A DNA stretch of 64,000 nt, taken from assembly GCF_050320075.1 (NCBI RefSeq), contig NZ_CP190018.1; one strand, given 5' to 3'. Positions 1-19,487 of this stretch are shown here, piece after piece. The DNA comes from Escherichia coli. GTDB taxonomy: Bacteria > Pseudomonadota > Gammaproteobacteria > Enterobacterales > Enterobacteriaceae. A program made the position numbers and the translations under genes. A model generated the notes under the pieces. It had not been told where the DNA came from. It searched no databases and saw nothing but the letters and a program-made list of their open reading frames with translations. Every line of letters begins with the position of its first letter. The stretch's first letter is position 1.

Positions 1-1851
1 GGGGGTCATGCAGGCACCGAGGCCGCGATGGCCGCGGCGCGTATGGGTCAACAGACTCTGCTTTTGACACACAATATCGACACTCTGGGGCAGATGAGCT
101 GCAACCCGGCGATCGGCGGTATTGGGAAGGGACATCTGGTAAAAGAAGTGGATGCACTCGGCGGTCTGATGGCGAAAGCGATCGATCAGGCGGGTATCCA
201 GTTTAGGATACTAAACGCAAGCAAGGGACCAGCGGTTCGCGCTACCCGTGCTCAGGCGGATCGTGTGCTCTACCGGCAGGCGGTACGTACGGCGCTGGAG
301 AACCAACCGAACCTGATGATCTTCCAGCAGGCGGTTGAAGATCTTATTGTCGAAAACGATCGCGTGGTCGGTGCTGTTACCCAAATGGGACTGAAGTTCC
401 GTGCCAAAGCCGTCGTGCTCACCGTTGGGACGTTCCTCGACGGTAAAATTCATATCGGTCTGGATAACTACAGCGGTGGTCGTGCTGGTGATCCGCCGTC
501 CATTCCGCTCTCTCGCCGTTTACGTGAACTGCCGCTGCGCGTTGGTCGTCTGAAAACCGGGACACCGCCGCGTATTGATGCGCGTACTATCGACTTCAGC
601 GTGCTGGCGCAACAGCATGGCGATAACCCAATGCCGGTATTCTCGTTTATGGGTAATGCGTCCCAGCATCCACAGCAGGTGCCGTGTTATATCACCCATA
701 CCAACGAGAAAACCCATGATGTGATCCGCAGTAACCTCGATCGTAGCCCAATGTATGCAGGGGTGATCGAAGGTGTCGGCCCACGCTACTGCCCGTCGAT
801 CGAAGACAAAGTCATGCGCTTCGCCGACAGAAATCAGCATCAGATCTTCCTTGAACCGGAAGGGCTGACCTCAAACGAAATTTATCCGAACGGTATCTCC
901 ACCAGCCTGCCGTTCGATGTGCAGATGCAAATCGTCCGCTCCATGCAGGGGATGGAAAACGCGAAGATCGTACGTCCGGGGTATGCCATTGAGTATGACT
1001 TCTTCGATCCACGCGACCTGAAACCGACGCTGGAGAGCAAGTTTATCCAGGGGCTGTTCTTTGCTGGTCAGATTAACGGCACTACCGGTTACGAAGAAGC
1101 CGCTGCGCAAGGTTTGCTGGCTGGTCTTAACGCTGCCCGTCTGTCTGCTGACAAAGAAGGTTGGGCTCCGGCGCGTTCTCAGGCGTATCTCGGCGTACTG
1201 GTTGATGACCTGTGCACTTTAGGAACCAAAGAACCGTATCGTATGTTTACTTCGCGCGCAGAATATCGTCTGATGCTGCGCGAAGATAATGCGGATCTGC
1301 GTTTGACTGAAATCGGTCGTGAACTGGGCCTGGTGGATGACGAACGTTGGGCGCGCTTTAACGAGAAACTTGAGAATATCGAGCGTGAGCGTCAGCGTCT
1401 GAAATCGACCTGGGTAACCCCGTCGGCGGAAGCTGCAGCCGAAGTGAATGCTCACCTGACTGCGCCGCTTTCCCGTGAAGCCAGTGGTGAAGATCTGCTG
1501 CGTCGTCCGGAAATGACTTATGAAAAATTAACCACGCTGACGCCGTTTGCCCCTGCGTTGACAGACGAACAGGCGGCGGAACAGGTTGAGATTCAGGTTA
1601 AATACGAAGGTTATATCGCGCGCCAGCAAGATGAGATCGAAAAGCAGCTGCGTAACGAGAACACCCTGCTACCAGCGACGCTGGATTACCGCCAGGTATC
1701 CGGTCTTTCTAACGAAGTGATCGCCAAACTTAACGATCACAAACCGGCCTCTATCGGCCAGGCTTCGCGTATTTCTGGCGTCACGCCTGCGGCCATCTCC
1801 ATTCTGCTGGTATGGCTGAAAAAACAGGGTATGCTGCGTCGTAGCGCATAA
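1..1851 (+). CDS. mnmG: tRNA uridine 5-carboxymethylaminomethyl modification enzyme MnmG (GidA), 5' end outside window
   Basis: Frame is open from base 1 and the track ORF 28..1851 is internal to it. Protein matches the recalled MnmG sequence (FAD-binding N-terminus, ...[12 protein letters not shown]-terminus). rsmG follows immediately. Confidence 0.93.
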
Positions 1852-1914
1852 CGCATTAAAAATGCCTGGTAAGCACCCGCTTACCGGGCAACGCATCAAG
1901 AACAGGTAATCACC

Positions 1915-2538
1915 GTGCTCAACAAACTCTCCTTACTGCTGAAAGACGCAGGTATTTCGCTTACCGATCACCAGAAAAACCAGCTTATTGCCTATGTGAA
2001 TATGCTGCATAAATGGAATAAAGCGTACAACCTGACTTCGGTCCGCGATCCTAATGAGATGCTGGTACGCCATATTCTCGATAGCATTGTGGTGGCACCG
2101 TATCTGCAAGGTGAACGGTTTATCGATGTCGGCACCGGACCAGGACTGCCTGGCATTCCACTCTCTATCGTGCGTCCTGAAGCCCACTTCACGTTGTTGG
2201 ATAGCCTTGGTAAACGCGTGCGTTTCCTTCGTCAGGTGCAACATGAGCTTAAACTGGAGAATATTGAGCCAGTACAGAGCAGGGTAGAAGAGTTTCCTTC
2301 AGAGCCGCCATTTGATGGCGTAATTAGCCGCGCTTTTGCCTCTCTGAACGATATGGTGAGCTGGTGCCACCATCTTCCTGGTGAGCAAGGCCGTTTCTAC
2401 GCGCTGAAAGGGCAAATGCCGGAAGATGAAATCGCTTTGTTGCCCGAAGAATATCAGGTCGAATCAGTGGTTAAACTTCAGGTTCCAGCCCTGGATGGCG
2501 AACGTCATCTGGTGGTGATTAAAGCAAATAAAATTTAA
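1915..2538 (+). CDS. rsmG: 16S rRNA m7G527 methyltransferase RsmG (GidB)
   Basis: 207-aa ORF starting [13 protein letters not shown], immediately downstream of mnmG, with a SAM-methyltransferase GxGxG motif (VGTGPGLPG). Confidence 0.93.
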
Positions 2539-3154
2539 TTTTTATCAAAAAAATCATAAAAAATTGACCGGTTAGACTGTTAACAACAACCAGGTTTTCT
2601 ACTGATATAACTGGTTACATTTAACGCCACGTTCACTCTTTTGCATCAACAAAGTAACGTGGCTTTTTTTGGTAAGCAGAAAATAAGTCATAAGTGAAAA
2701 TATCAGTCTGCTAAAAATCGGCGCTAAGAATCATCATTGGCTGTTAAAACATTATTAAAAATGTCAATGGGTGGTTTTTGTTGTGTAAATGTCATTTATT
2801 AAAACAGTATCTGTTTTTAGACTGAAATATCATAAACTTGCAAAGGCATCATTTGCCAAGTAAATAAATATGCTGTGCGCGAACATGCTCAATATGTGAT
2901 CTGAAGCACGCTTTATCACCAGTGTTTACGCGTTATTTACAGTTTTTCATGATCGAACAGGGTTTGCAGAAAAGTCGCAATTGTATGCACTGGAAAAATA
3001 TTTAAACATTTATTCACCTTTTGGCTACTTATTGTTTGAAATCACGGGGGCGCACCGTATAATTTGACCGCTTTTTGATGCTTGACTCTAAGCCTTAAAG
3101 AAAGTTTTATACGACACGCGGCATACCTCGAAGGGAGCAGGAGTGAAAAACGTG

Positions 3155-4359
<1,205 letters not shown>

Positions 4360-4387
4360 TTTACCAACACTACTACGTTTTAACTGA

Positions 4388-4662
<275 letters not shown>

Positions 4663-4706
4663 TAAAGAGCAATATCAGAACGTTAACTAAATAGAGGCAT
4701 TGTGCT

Positions 4707-5177
4707 GTGAATCTTAACGCAACAATCCTCGGCCAGGCCATCGCGTTTGTCCTGTTCGTTCTGTTCTGCATGAAGTACGTATGGCCGCCATTAATGGCAG
4801 CCATCGAAAAACGTCAAAAAGAAATTGCTGACGGTCTTGCTTCCGCAGAACGAGCACATAAGGACCTTGACCTTGCAAAGGCCAGCGCGACCGACCAGCT
4901 GAAAAAAGCGAAAGCGGAAGCCCAGGTAATCATCGAGCAGGCTAACAAACGCCGCTCGCAGATTCTGGACGAAGCGAAAGCTGAGGCAGAACAGGAACGT
5001 ACTAAAATCGTGGCCCAGGCGCAGGCGGAAATTGAAGCCGAGCGTAAACGTGCCCGTGAAGAGCTGCGTAAGCAAGTTGCTATCCTGGCTGTTGCTGGCG
5101 CCGAGAAGATCATCGAACGTTCCGTGGATGAAGCTGCTAACAGCGACATCGTGGATAAACTTGTCGCTGAACTGTAA
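4707..5177 (+). CDS. atpF: F0F1 ATP synthase subunit b
   Basis: 156-aa protein with N-terminal TM helix then a charged coiled-coil (AEAE/KR-rich) region. Confidence 0.95.
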
Positions 5178-5191
5178 GGAGGGAGGGGCTG

Positions 5192-5725
5192 ATGTCTGAA
5201 TTTATTACGGTAGCTCGCCCCTACGCCAAAGCAGCTTTTGACTTTGCCGTCGAACACCAAAGTGTAGAACGCTGGCAGGACATGCTGGCGTTTGCCGCCG
5301 AGGTAACCAAAAACGAACAAATGGCAGAGCTTCTCTCTGGCGCGCTTGCGCCAGAAACGCTCGCCGAGTCGTTTATCGCAGTTTGTGGTGAGCAACTGGA
5401 CGAAAACGGTCAGAACCTGATTCGGGTAATGGCTGAAAATGGTCGTCTTAACGCGCTCCCGGATGTTCTGGAGCAGTTTATTCACCTGCGTGCCGTGAGT
5501 GAGGCTACCGCTGAGGTAGACGTCATTTCCGCTGCCGCACTGAGTGAACAACAGCTCGCGAAAATTTCTGCTGCGATGGAAAAACGTCTGTCACGCAAAG
5601 TTAAGCTGAATTGCAAAATCGATAAGTCTGTAATGGCAGGCGTTATCATCCGAGCGGGTGATATGGTCATTGATGGCAGCGTACGCGGTCGTCTTGAGCG
5701 CCTTGCAGACGTCTTGCAGTCTTAA
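5192..5725 (+). CDS. atpH: F0F1 ATP synthase subunit delta
   Basis: 177-aa ORF in operon position between atpF and atpA. Confidence 0.94.
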
Positions 5726-5737
5726 GGGGACTGGAGC

Positions 5738-7279
5738 ATGCAACTGAATTCCACCGAAATCAGCGAACTGATCAAGCAGCGCATTGCTCAGTTCAATGTT
5801 GTGAGTGAAGCTCACAACGAAGGTACTATTGTTTCTGTAAGTGACGGTGTTATCCGCATTCACGGCCTGGCCGATTGTATGCAGGGTGAAATGATCTCCC
5901 TGCCGGGTAACCGTTACGCTATCGCACTGAACCTCGAGCGCGACTCTGTAGGTGCGGTTGTTATGGGTCCGTACGCTGACCTTGCCGAAGGCATGAAAGT
6001 TAAGTGTACTGGCCGTATCCTGGAAGTTCCGGTTGGCCGTGGCCTGCTGGGCCGTGTGGTTAACACTCTGGGTGCACCAATCGACGGTAAAGGTCCGCTG
6101 GATCACGACGGCTTCTCTGCTGTAGAAGCAATCGCTCCGGGCGTTATCGAACGTCAGTCCGTAGATCAGCCGGTACAGACCGGTTATAAAGCCGTTGACT
6201 CCATGATCCCAATCGGTCGTGGTCAGCGTGAATTGATCATCGGTGACCGTCAGACCGGTAAAACCGCATTGGCTATCGATGCCATCATCAACCAGCGCGA
6301 TTCCGGTATCAAATGTATCTATGTCGCTATCGGCCAGAAAGCGTCCACCATTTCTAACGTGGTACGTAAACTGGAAGAGCACGGCGCACTGGCTAACACC
6401 ATCGTTGTGGTAGCAACCGCGTCTGAATCCGCTGCACTGCAATACCTGGCACCGTACGCTGGTTGCGCAATGGGCGAATACTTCCGTGACCGCGGTGAAG
6501 ATGCGCTGATCATTTACGATGACCTGTCTAAACAGGCTGTTGCTTACCGTCAGATCTCCCTGCTGCTCCGTCGTCCGCCAGGACGTGAAGCATTCCCGGG
6601 CGACGTATTCTACCTCCACTCTCGTCTACTGGAGCGTGCTGCGCGTGTTAACGCCGAATACGTTGAAGCCTTCACCAAAGGTGAAGTGAAAGGGAAAACC
6701 GGTTCTCTGACTGCGCTGCCGATTATCGAAACTCAGGCGGGTGACGTTTCTGCGTTCGTTCCAACCAACGTAATCTCCATTACCGATGGTCAGATCTTCC
6801 TGGAAACCAACCTGTTCAACGCCGGTATTCGTCCTGCGGTTAACCCGGGTATTTCCGTATCCCGTGTTGGTGGTGCAGCACAGACCAAGATCATGAAAAA
6901 ACTGTCCGGTGGTATCCGTACCGCTCTGGCACAGTATCGTGAACTGGCAGCGTTCTCTCAGTTTGCATCCGACCTTGACGATGCAACACGTAAGCAGCTT
7001 GACCACGGTCAGAAAGTGACCGAACTGCTGAAACAGAAACAGTATGCGCCGATGTCCGTAGCGCAACAGTCTCTGGTTCTGTTCGCAGCAGAACGTGGTT
7101 ACCTGGCGGATGTTGAACTGTCGAAAATCGGCAGCTTCGAAGCCGCTCTGCTGGCTTACGTCGACCGTGATCACGCTCCGTTGATGCAAGAGATCAACCA
7201 GACCGGTGGCTACAACGACGAAATCGAAGGCAAGCTGAAAGGCATCCTCGATTCCTTCAAAGCAACCCAATCCTGGTAA
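5738..7279 (+). CDS. atpA: F0F1 ATP synthase subunit alpha
   Basis: 513 aa with Walker A GDRQTGKT. Confidence 0.97.
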
Positions 7280-7329
7280 CGTCTGGCGGCTTGCCTTAGG
7301 GCAGGCCGCAAGGCATTGAGGAGAAGCTC

Positions 7330-9602
<2,273 letters not shown>

Positions 9603-9622
9603 CGCCTTAATCGGAGGGTGAT

Positions 9623-10042
9623 ATGGCAATGACTTACCACCTGGACGTCGTCAGTGCAGAGCAACAAATGTTCTCTGGTCTGGTCGAGAAAATCCAGGTA
9701 ACGGGTAGCGAAGGTGAACTGGGGATCTACCCTGGCCACGCACCGCTGCTCACCGCCATTAAGCCTGGTATGATTCGCATCGTGAAACAGCACGGTCACG
9801 AAGAGTTTATCTATCTGTCTGGCGGCATTCTTGAAGTGCAGCCTGGCAACGTGACCGTTCTGGCCGACACCGCAATTCGCGGCCAGGATCTCGACGAAGC
9901 GCGAGCCATGGAAGCGAAACGTAAGGCTGAAGAGCACATTAGCAGCTCTCACGGCGACGTAGATTACGCTCAGGCGTCTGCGGAACTGGCCAAAGCGATC
10001 GCGCAGCTGCGCGTTATCGAGTTGACCAAAAAAGCGATGTAA
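9623..10042 (+). CDS. atpC: F0F1 ATP synthase subunit epsilon
   Basis: 139-aa [20 protein letters not shown]..., last gene of the operon. Confidence 0.95.
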
Positions 10043-10062
10043 CACCGGCTTGAAAAGCACAA

Positions 10063-10094
10063 AAGCCAGTCTGGTAACAGGCTGGCTTTTTTTT
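10063..10094 (+). terminator. Rho-independent terminator of the atp operon
   Basis: GC stem gccagtctggtaacaggctggc followed by a T8 run immediately after the atpC stop. Confidence 0.75.
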
Positions 10095-10394
10095 ACGCGT
10101 ATTGACCCGTCCTGAAGAGCGTTCACATAGATCCTGCTGATATAAAACACCCTGTTTTCCCGTTTATTCATTGATCGAAATAAGAGCAAAAACATCCACC
10201 TGACGCTTAAATGAAGGTACTGCCTTAATTTTCTGCAGACAAAAGGCGTGACGATGGTCGAAAATGGCACTTTCGTCAGCGGGGATAATCCGTTATTGAA
10301 CAATTTATCCTCTGTCCATTTCACGATGAAAAAAATGTAGTTTTTTCAAGGTGAAGCGGTTTAAATTCGTTCTCAAATTACAGTCAGGACGCGT

Positions 10395-11765
10395 ATGTTG
10401 AATAATGCTATGAGCGTAGTGATCCTTGCCGCAGGCAAAGGCACGCGCATGTATTCCGATCTTCCGAAAGTGCTGCATACCCTTGCCGGGAAAGCGATGG
10501 TTCAGCATGTCATTGATGCTGCGAATGAATTAGGCGCGGCGCACGTTCACCTGGTGTACGGTCACGGCGGCGATCTGCTTAAACAGGCGCTGAAAGATGA
10601 CAACCTGAACTGGGTGCTTCAGGCAGAACAGCTGGGTACAGGTCATGCGATGCAGCAGGCCGCACCTTTCTTTGCCGATGATGAAGACATTTTAATGCTC
10701 TACGGCGACGTGCCGCTGATCTCTGTCGAAACACTCCAGCGCCTGCGTGATGCTAAACCGCAGGGTGGCATTGGTCTGCTGACGGTAAAACTGGATGATC
10801 CGACCGGTTATGGACGTATCACCCGTGAAAACGGCAAAGTTACCGGCATTGTTGAGCACAAAGACGCCACCGACGAGCAGCGTCAGATTCAGGAGATCAA
10901 CACCGGCATTCTGATTGCCAACGGCGCAGATATGAAACGCTGGCTGGCGAAGCTGACCAACAATAACGCTCAGGGTGAATACTACATCACCGACATTATT
11001 GCGCTGGCGTATCAGGAAGGGCGTGAAATCGTCGCCGTTCATCCGCAACGTTTAAGCGAAGTAGAAGGCGTGAATAACCGCCTGCAACTCTCCCGACTGG
11101 AGCGCGTTTACCAGTCCGAACAGGCTGATAAACTGCTGTTAGCAGGCGTTATGCTGCGCGATCCGGCGCGTTTTGATCTGCGCGGTACGCTTACTCACGG
11201 GCGCGATGTTGAAATTGATACTAACGTTATCATCGAGGGCAACGTGACTCTCGGTCATCGCGTGAAAATCGGCACCGGTTGCGTGATTAAAAACAGCGTG
11301 ATTGGCGATGATTGCGAAATTAGCCCGTATACCGTTGTGGAAGATGCGAATCTGGCAGCGGCCTGTACCATTGGCCCGTTTGCCCGTCTGCGTCCTGGTG
11401 CTGAGTTGCTGGAAGGTGCACACGTCGGTAACTTCGTTGAGATGAAAAAAGCGCGTCTGGGTAAAGGCTCGAAAGCTGGTCATCTGACTTACCTGGGCGA
11501 TGCGGAAATTGGCGATAACGTTAACATCGGCGCGGGAACCATTACCTGCAACTACGATGGTGCGAATAAATTTAAGACCATTATCGGTGACGATGTGTTT
11601 GTCGGTTCCGACACTCAGCTGGTGGCCCCGGTAACAGTAGGCAAAGGCGCGACCATTGCTGCGGGTACAACTGTGACGCGTAATGTCGGCGAAAACGCCC
11701 TGGCGATCAGCCGTGTGCCGCAGACTCAAAAAGAAGGCTGGCGTCGTCCGGTAAAGAAAAAGTAA
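10395..11765 (+). CDS. glmU: Bifunctional GlcNAc-1-P uridyltransferase / GlcN-1-P acetyltransferase
   Basis: 456 aa, N-terminal nucleotidyltransferase motif LAAGKGTRM and C-terminal left-handed beta-helix hexapeptide repeats. Confidence 0.95.
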   Translation: MLNNAMSVVILAAGKGTRMYSDLPKVLHTLAGKAMVQHVIDAANELGAAHVHLVYGHGGDLLKQALKDDNLNWVLQAEQLGTGHAMQQAAPFFADDEDILMLYGDVPLISVETLQRLRDAKPQGGIGLLTVKLDDPTGYGRITRENGKVTGIVEHKDATDEQRQIQEINTGILIANGADMKRWLAKLTNNNAQGEYYITDIIALAYQEGREIVAVHPQRLSEVEGVNNRLQLSRLERVYQSEQADKLLLAGVMLRDPARFDLRGTLTHGRDVEIDTNVIIEGNVTLGHRVKIGTGCVIKNSVIGDDCEISPYTVVEDANLAAACTIGPFARLRPGAELLEGAHVGNFVEMKKARLGKGSKAGHLTYLGDAEIGDNVNIGAGTITCNYDGANKFKTIIGDDVFVGSDTQLVAPVTVGKGATIAAGTTVTRNVGENALAISRVPQTQKEGWRRPVKKK

Positions 11766-11926
11766 TTCTGGCCGGGTAATACGGTCATATGGGATGAGGA
11801 GATAACATAATCTCCCGCCCACAAGCAGTAACTATAAAAATAACCCCACTCTCTACAAGGCTCGGGGTGCCCGAAAAAACGGGCATACAGGTTGACCGAC
11901 AACGATATAAATCGGAATCAAAAACT

Positions 11927-13756
11927 ATGTGTGGAATTGTTGGCGCGATCGCGCAACGTGATGTAGCAGAAATCCTTCTTGAAGGTTTACGTCGTCTTGA
12001 ATACCGCGGATATGACTCTGCCGGTCTGGCCGTTGTTGATGCAGAAGGTCATATGACCCGCCTGCGTCGCCTCGGTAAAGTCCAGATGCTGGCTCAGGCA
12101 GCGGAAGAACATCCTCTGCATGGCGGCACCGGTATTGCTCATACTCGCTGGGCGACCCACGGTGAACCTTCAGAAGCTAACGCGCATCCGCATGTTTCTG
12201 AACACATTGTGGTGGTGCATAACGGCATCATCGAAAACCATGAACCGCTGCGTGAAGAGTTAAAAGCGCGTGGCTATACCTTCGTTTCTGAAACCGACAC
12301 CGAAGTGATTGCCCATCTGGTGAACTGGGAGTTGAAACAAGGCGGTACTCTGCGTGAGGCTGTTCTGCGTGCTATCCCGCAACTGCGTGGTGCGTACGGT
12401 ACAGTGATCATGGACTCCCGTCATCCGGATACCCTGCTGGCGGCACGTTCTGGTAGTCCGCTGGTGATTGGCCTGGGTATGGGCGAAAACTTTATCGCTT
12501 CTGACCAGCTGGCGCTGTTGCCAGTGACTCGTCGCTTTATCTTCCTTGAAGAGGGCGATATTGCGGAAATCACTCGCCGTTCGGTAAACATCTTCGATAA
12601 AACTGGCGCGGAAGTAAAACGTCAGGATATCGAATCCAATCTGCAATATGACGCGGGCGATAAAGGTATTTACCGCCACTACATGCAGAAAGAGATCTAC
12701 GAACAGCCGAACGCGATCAAAAACACCCTTACCGGGCGCATCAGCCACGGTCAGGTTGATTTAAGCGAGCTGGGACCGAACGCCGACGAACTGCTGTCGA
12801 AGGTTGAGCATATTCAGATCCTCGCCTGTGGTACTTCTTATAACTCCGGTATGGTTTCCCGCTACTGGTTTGAATCGCTGGCAGGTATTCCGTGCGACGT
12901 CGAAATCGCCTCTGAATTCCGCTATCGCAAATCTGCCGTGCGTCGTAACAGCCTGATGATCACCTTGTCACAGTCTGGCGAAACCGCGGATACCCTGGCT
13001 GGCCTGCGTCTGTCGAAAGAGCTGGGTTACCTTGGTTCACTGGCAATCTGTAACGTTCCGGGTTCTTCGCTGGTACGCGAATCCGATCTGGCGCTAATGA
13101 CCAACGCGGGTACAGAAATCGGCGTGGCGTCCACTAAAGCATTCACCACCCAGTTAACCGTGCTGTTGATGCTGGTGGCGAAGCTGTCTCGTCTGAAAGG
13201 TCTGGATGCCTCCATTGAACATGACATCGTGCATGGTCTGCAGGCGCTACCGAGCCGTATTGAGCAGATGCTGTCTCAGGATAAACGCATTGAAGCACTG
13301 GCAGAAGATTTCTCTGACAAACATCACGCGCTGTTCCTGGGCCGTGGCGATCAGTACCCAATCGCGCTGGAAGGCGCATTGAAGCTGAAAGAGATCTCTT
13401 ACATTCACGCTGAAGCCTACGCTGCAGGCGAACTGAAACACGGTCCGCTGGCGCTGATTGATGCCGATATGCCGGTTATCGTCGTTGCACCGAACAACGA
13501 ATTGCTGGAAAAACTGAAATCCAACATTGAAGAAGTTCGCGCGCGTGGCGGTCAGTTGTATGTCTTCGCCGATCAGGATGCGGGTTTTGTAAGTAGCGAT
13601 AACATGCACATCATCGAGATGCCGCATGTGGAAGAGGTGATTGCACCGATCTTCTACACCGTTCCGCTGCAGCTGCTGGCTTACCACGTTGCGCTGATCA
13701 AAGGCACCGACGTTGACCAGCCGCGTAACCTGGCGAAATCGGTTACGGTTGAGTAA
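11927..13756 (+). CDS. glmS: Glutamine--fructose-6-phosphate aminotransferase
   Basis: Starts MCGIVGA (Ntn amidotransferase Cys at position 2) with two SIS domains. Track ORF 11867 is an upstream in-frame extension. Confidence 0.95.
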   Translation: MCGIVGAIAQRDVAEILLEGLRRLEYRGYDSAGLAVVDAEGHMTRLRRLGKVQMLAQAAEEHPLHGGTGIAHTRWATHGEPSEANAHPHVSEHIVVVHNGIIENHEPLREELKARGYTFVSETDTEVIAHLVNWELKQGGTLREAVLRAIPQLRGAYGTVIMDSRHPDTLLAARSGSPLVIGLGMGENFIASDQLALLPVTRRFIFLEEGDIAEITRRSVNIFDKTGAEVKRQDIESNLQYDAGDKGIYRHYMQKEIYEQPNAIKNTLTGRISHGQVDLSELGPNADELLSKVEHIQILACGTSYNSGMVSRYWFESLAGIPCDVEIASEFRYRKSAVRRNSLMITLSQSGETADTLAGLRLSKELGYLGSLAICNVPGSSLVRESDLALMTNAGTEIGVASTKAFTTQLTVLLMLVAKLSRLKGLDASIEHDIVHGLQALPSRIEQMLSQDKRIEALAEDFSDKHHALFLGRGDQYPIALEGALKLKEISYIHAEAYAAGELKHGPLALIDADMPVIVVAPNNELLEKLKSNIEEVRARGGQLYVFADQDAGFVSSDNMHIIEMPHVEEVIAPIFYTVPLQLLAYHVALIKGTDVDQPRNLAKSVTVE

Positions 13757-13763
13757 TAAATGG

Positions 13764-13790
13764 ATGCCCTGCGTAAGCGGGGCATTTTTC
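13764..13790 (+). terminator. Rho-independent terminator after glmS
   Basis: Hairpin gccctgcgtaagcggggc followed by a T-run directly after the glmS stop. Confidence 0.7.
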
Positions 13791-13963
13791 TTCCTGTTAT
13801 GTTTTTAATCAAAAATCCTGCCAACTCCATGTGACAAACCGTCATCTTCGGCTACTTTTTCTCTGTCACAGAATGAAAATTTTTCTGTCATCTCTTCGTT
13901 ATTAATATTTGTAATTAACTGAATATCAACGCTTATTTAAATCAGACTAAAGACTTTCTCTCT

Positions 13964-14016
13964 CTGTCATAAAACTGTCATAAACCTTACATATAACTGT
14001 CACCTGTTTGTCCTAT
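13964..14016 (+). promoter_or_regulatory. Pho boxes (PhoB binding sites) of the pstS promoter
   Basis: Tandem CTGTCATAAAACTGTCATA and CTGTCACCTGTTTGTCCTAT motifs about 55-105 bp upstream of pstS. Matches the recalled Pho box consensus. Confidence 0.8.
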
Positions 14017-14051
14017 TTTGCTTCTCGTAGCCAACAAACAATGCTTTATGA

Positions 14052-15110
<1,059 letters not shown>

Positions 15111-15119
15111 TAAAACTCC

Positions 15120-15155
15120 AGGCCGGGTACGGTGTTTTACGCCGCATCCGGCATT
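15120..15155. repeat. REP (repetitive extragenic palindromic) element
   Basis: gccgggtacggtgttttacgccgcatccggc matches the REP consensus family, in the pstS-pstC intergenic region. Confidence 0.7.
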
Positions 15156-15193
15156 ACAAAATGACTTTGTAAACGCGTTTAACTGAAGAGTAA

Positions 15194-17046
<1,853 letters not shown>

Positions 17047-17051
17047 CACTT

Positions 17052-17086
17052 TGCCGGATGCGGCGTGAACGCCTGATCCGGCCTAC
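17052..17086. repeat. REP element
   Basis: tgccggatgcggcgtgaacgcctgatccggcctac in the pstA-pstB spacer. Confidence 0.7.
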
Positions 17087-17097
17087 GGTAAGCCTGA

Positions 17098-17910
<813 letters not shown>

Positions 17911-17924
17911 TTCAGGAGTGCGTT

Positions 17925-18650
17925 ATGGACAGTCTCAATCTTAATAAACATATTTCCGGCCAGTTCAACGCCGAACTGGAAAGCATCCGCACGCAGGTGA
18001 TGACCATGGGCGGCATGGTGGAGCAGCAGCTTTCTGATGCAATCACCGCGATGCATAACCAGGACAGCGATCTGGCGAAGCGCGTCATCGAAGGCGACAA
18101 GAACGTCAACATGATGGAAGTGGCGATCGATGAAGCCTGCGTGCGCATTATCGCCAAACGTCAGCCGACGGCGAGCGACCTGCGTCTGGTTATGGTGATC
18201 AGTAAAACCATTGCCGAGCTGGAGCGTATTGGCGACGTGGCGGACAAAATCTGCCGTACTGCGCTGGAGAAATTCTCCCAGCAGCATCAGCCGTTGCTGG
18301 TAAGTCTGGAGTCGCTGGGCCGTCATACCATCCAGATGCTGCACGACGTGCTGGACGCGTTCGCGCGGATGGACATTGACGAAGCGGTACGTATTTATCG
18401 TGAAGATAAAAAAGTCGATCAGGAGTACGAAGGTATTGTTCGTCAACTGATGACCTACATGATGGAAGATTCGCGCACCATTCCGAGCGTACTTACCGCG
18501 CTATTCTGTGCGCGTTCAATCGAACGTATCGGCGACCGCTGCCAGAATATTTGTGAGTTTATCTTCTACTACGTGAAGGGGCAGGATTTCCGTCATGTAG
18601 GCGGTGATGAGCTGGATAAACTGCTGGCCGGAAAAGACCCGAAAGAGTAA
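17925..18650 (+). CDS. phoU: Phosphate signalling regulator PhoU
   Basis: Starts [24 protein letters not shown], as recalled for PhoU. Track ORF 17907 is an upstream extension. Confidence 0.95.
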   Translation: MDSLNLNKHISGQFNAELESIRTQVMTMGGMVEQQLSDAITAMHNQDSDLAKRVIEGDKNVNMMEVAIDEACVRIIAKRQPTASDLRLVMVISKTIAELERIGDVADKICRTALEKFSQQHQPLLVSLESLGRHTIQMLHDVLDAFARMDIDEAVRIYREDKKVDQEYEGIVRQLMTYMMEDSRTIPSVLTALFCARSIERIGDRCQNICEFIFYYVKGQDFRHVGGDELDKLLAGKDPKE

Positions 18651-18651
18651 C

Positions 18652-18693
18652 GCTAACTGTAGGTCAGATAAGGCTTTTACGCCGAATCTGGCA
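18652..18693. repeat. Degenerate REP-like element after phoU
   Basis: Reverse complement of gtaggtcagataaggcttttacgccgaatctggca resembles the REP consensus with mismatches. Confidence 0.5.
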
Positions 18694-18779
18694 ATCAGCC
18701 CGGTCATACATAGTTACCGGGCTGGGTGATGCTGCCAACTTACTGATTTAGTGTATGATGGTGTTTTTGAGGTGCTCCA

Positions 18780-19055
18780 GTGGCTTCTGTTTCTATCAGC
18801 TGTCCCTCCTGTTCAGCTACTGACGGGGTGGTGCGTAACGGCAAAAGCACCGCCGGACATCAGCGCTATCTCTGCTCTCACTGCCGTAAAACATGGCAAC
18901 TGCAGTTCACTTACACCGCTTCTCAACCCGGTACGCACCAGAAAATCATTGATATGGCCATGAATGGCGTTGGATGCCGGGCAACTGCCCGCATTATGGG
19001 CGTTGGCCTCAACACGATTTTCCGCCATTTAAAAAACTCAGGCCGCAGTCGGTAA
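18780..19055 (+). CDS. insA: IS1 InsA (transposition inhibitor / N-terminal part of transposase)
   Basis: 91-aa ORF with zinc-finger-like CPSCS...CSHC N-terminus inside IS1. Confidence 0.93.
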   Translation: MASVSISCPSCSATDGVVRNGKSTAGHQRYLCSHCRKTWQLQFTYTASQPGTHQKIIDMAMNGVGCRATARIMGVGLNTIFRHLKNSGRSR

Positions 19056-19477
19056 CCTCGCGCATACAGCCGGGCAGTGACGTCATCGTCTGCGCGGAAA
19101 TGGACGAACAGTGGGGATACGTCGGGGCTAAATCGCGCCAGCGCTGGCTGTTTTACGCGTATGACAGGCTCCGGAAGACGGTTGTTGCGCACGTATTCGG
19201 TGAACGCACTATGGCGACGCTGGGGCGTCTTATGAGCCTGCTGTCACCCTTTGACGTGGTGATATGGATGACGGATGGCTGGCCGCTGTATGAATCCCGC
19301 CTGAAGGGAAAGCTGCACGTAATCAGCAAGCGATATACGCAGCGAATTGAGCGGCATAACCTGAATCTGAGGCAGCACCTGGCACGGCTGGGACGGAAGT
19401 CGCTGTCGTTCTCAAAATCGGTGGAGCTGCATGACAAAGTCATCGGGCATTATCTGAACATAAAACACTATCAATAA
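18974..19477 (+). CDS. insB: IS1 InsB' frame (expressed as InsAB' transposase by -1 frameshift)
   Basis: 167-aa ORF in the -1 frame overlapping the insA 3' end, within IS1. Confidence 0.9.
   Translation: MPGNCPHYGRWPQHDFPPFKKLRPQSVTSRIQPGSDVIVCAEMDEQWGYVGAKSRQRWLFYAYDRLRKTVVAHVFGERTMATLGRLMSLLSPFDVVIWMTDGWPLYESRLKGKLHVISKRYTQRIERHNLNLRQHLARLGRKSLSFSKSVELHDKVIGHYLNIKHYQ
19028..19036 (+). other. IS1 programmed -1 ribosomal frameshift site (A6C slippery motif)
   Basis: TTTAAAAAAC motif in the insA/insB' overlap. This is the established IS1 frameshifting mechanism. Confidence 0.75.
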
Positions 19478-19487
19478 GTTGGAGTCA

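Noticed and set aside
1-30. oriC at the window start
   Set aside because: The window begins inside mnmG; oriC lies upstream of the mnmG 5' end and is outside the window. No 13-mer or DnaA-box cluster is present here.
2539-3142. Long AT-rich rsmG-atpI intergenic region as a possible foreign insertion or small gene
   Set aside because: An extended spacer with the atp promoters is the normal arrangement upstream of atpI. There is no ORF with an RBS, and ORFs 3042..3227 and 3082..3306 overlap the atpI start region and look spurious.
4814-5551. 245-aa minus-strand ORF
   Set aside because: Antisense to atpF and atpH.
5591-6619. 342-aa minus-strand ORF
   Set aside because: Lies entirely antisense within atpH and atpA, which are unambiguous conserved genes. 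This is a typical spurious antisense ORF of GC-rich coding DNA.
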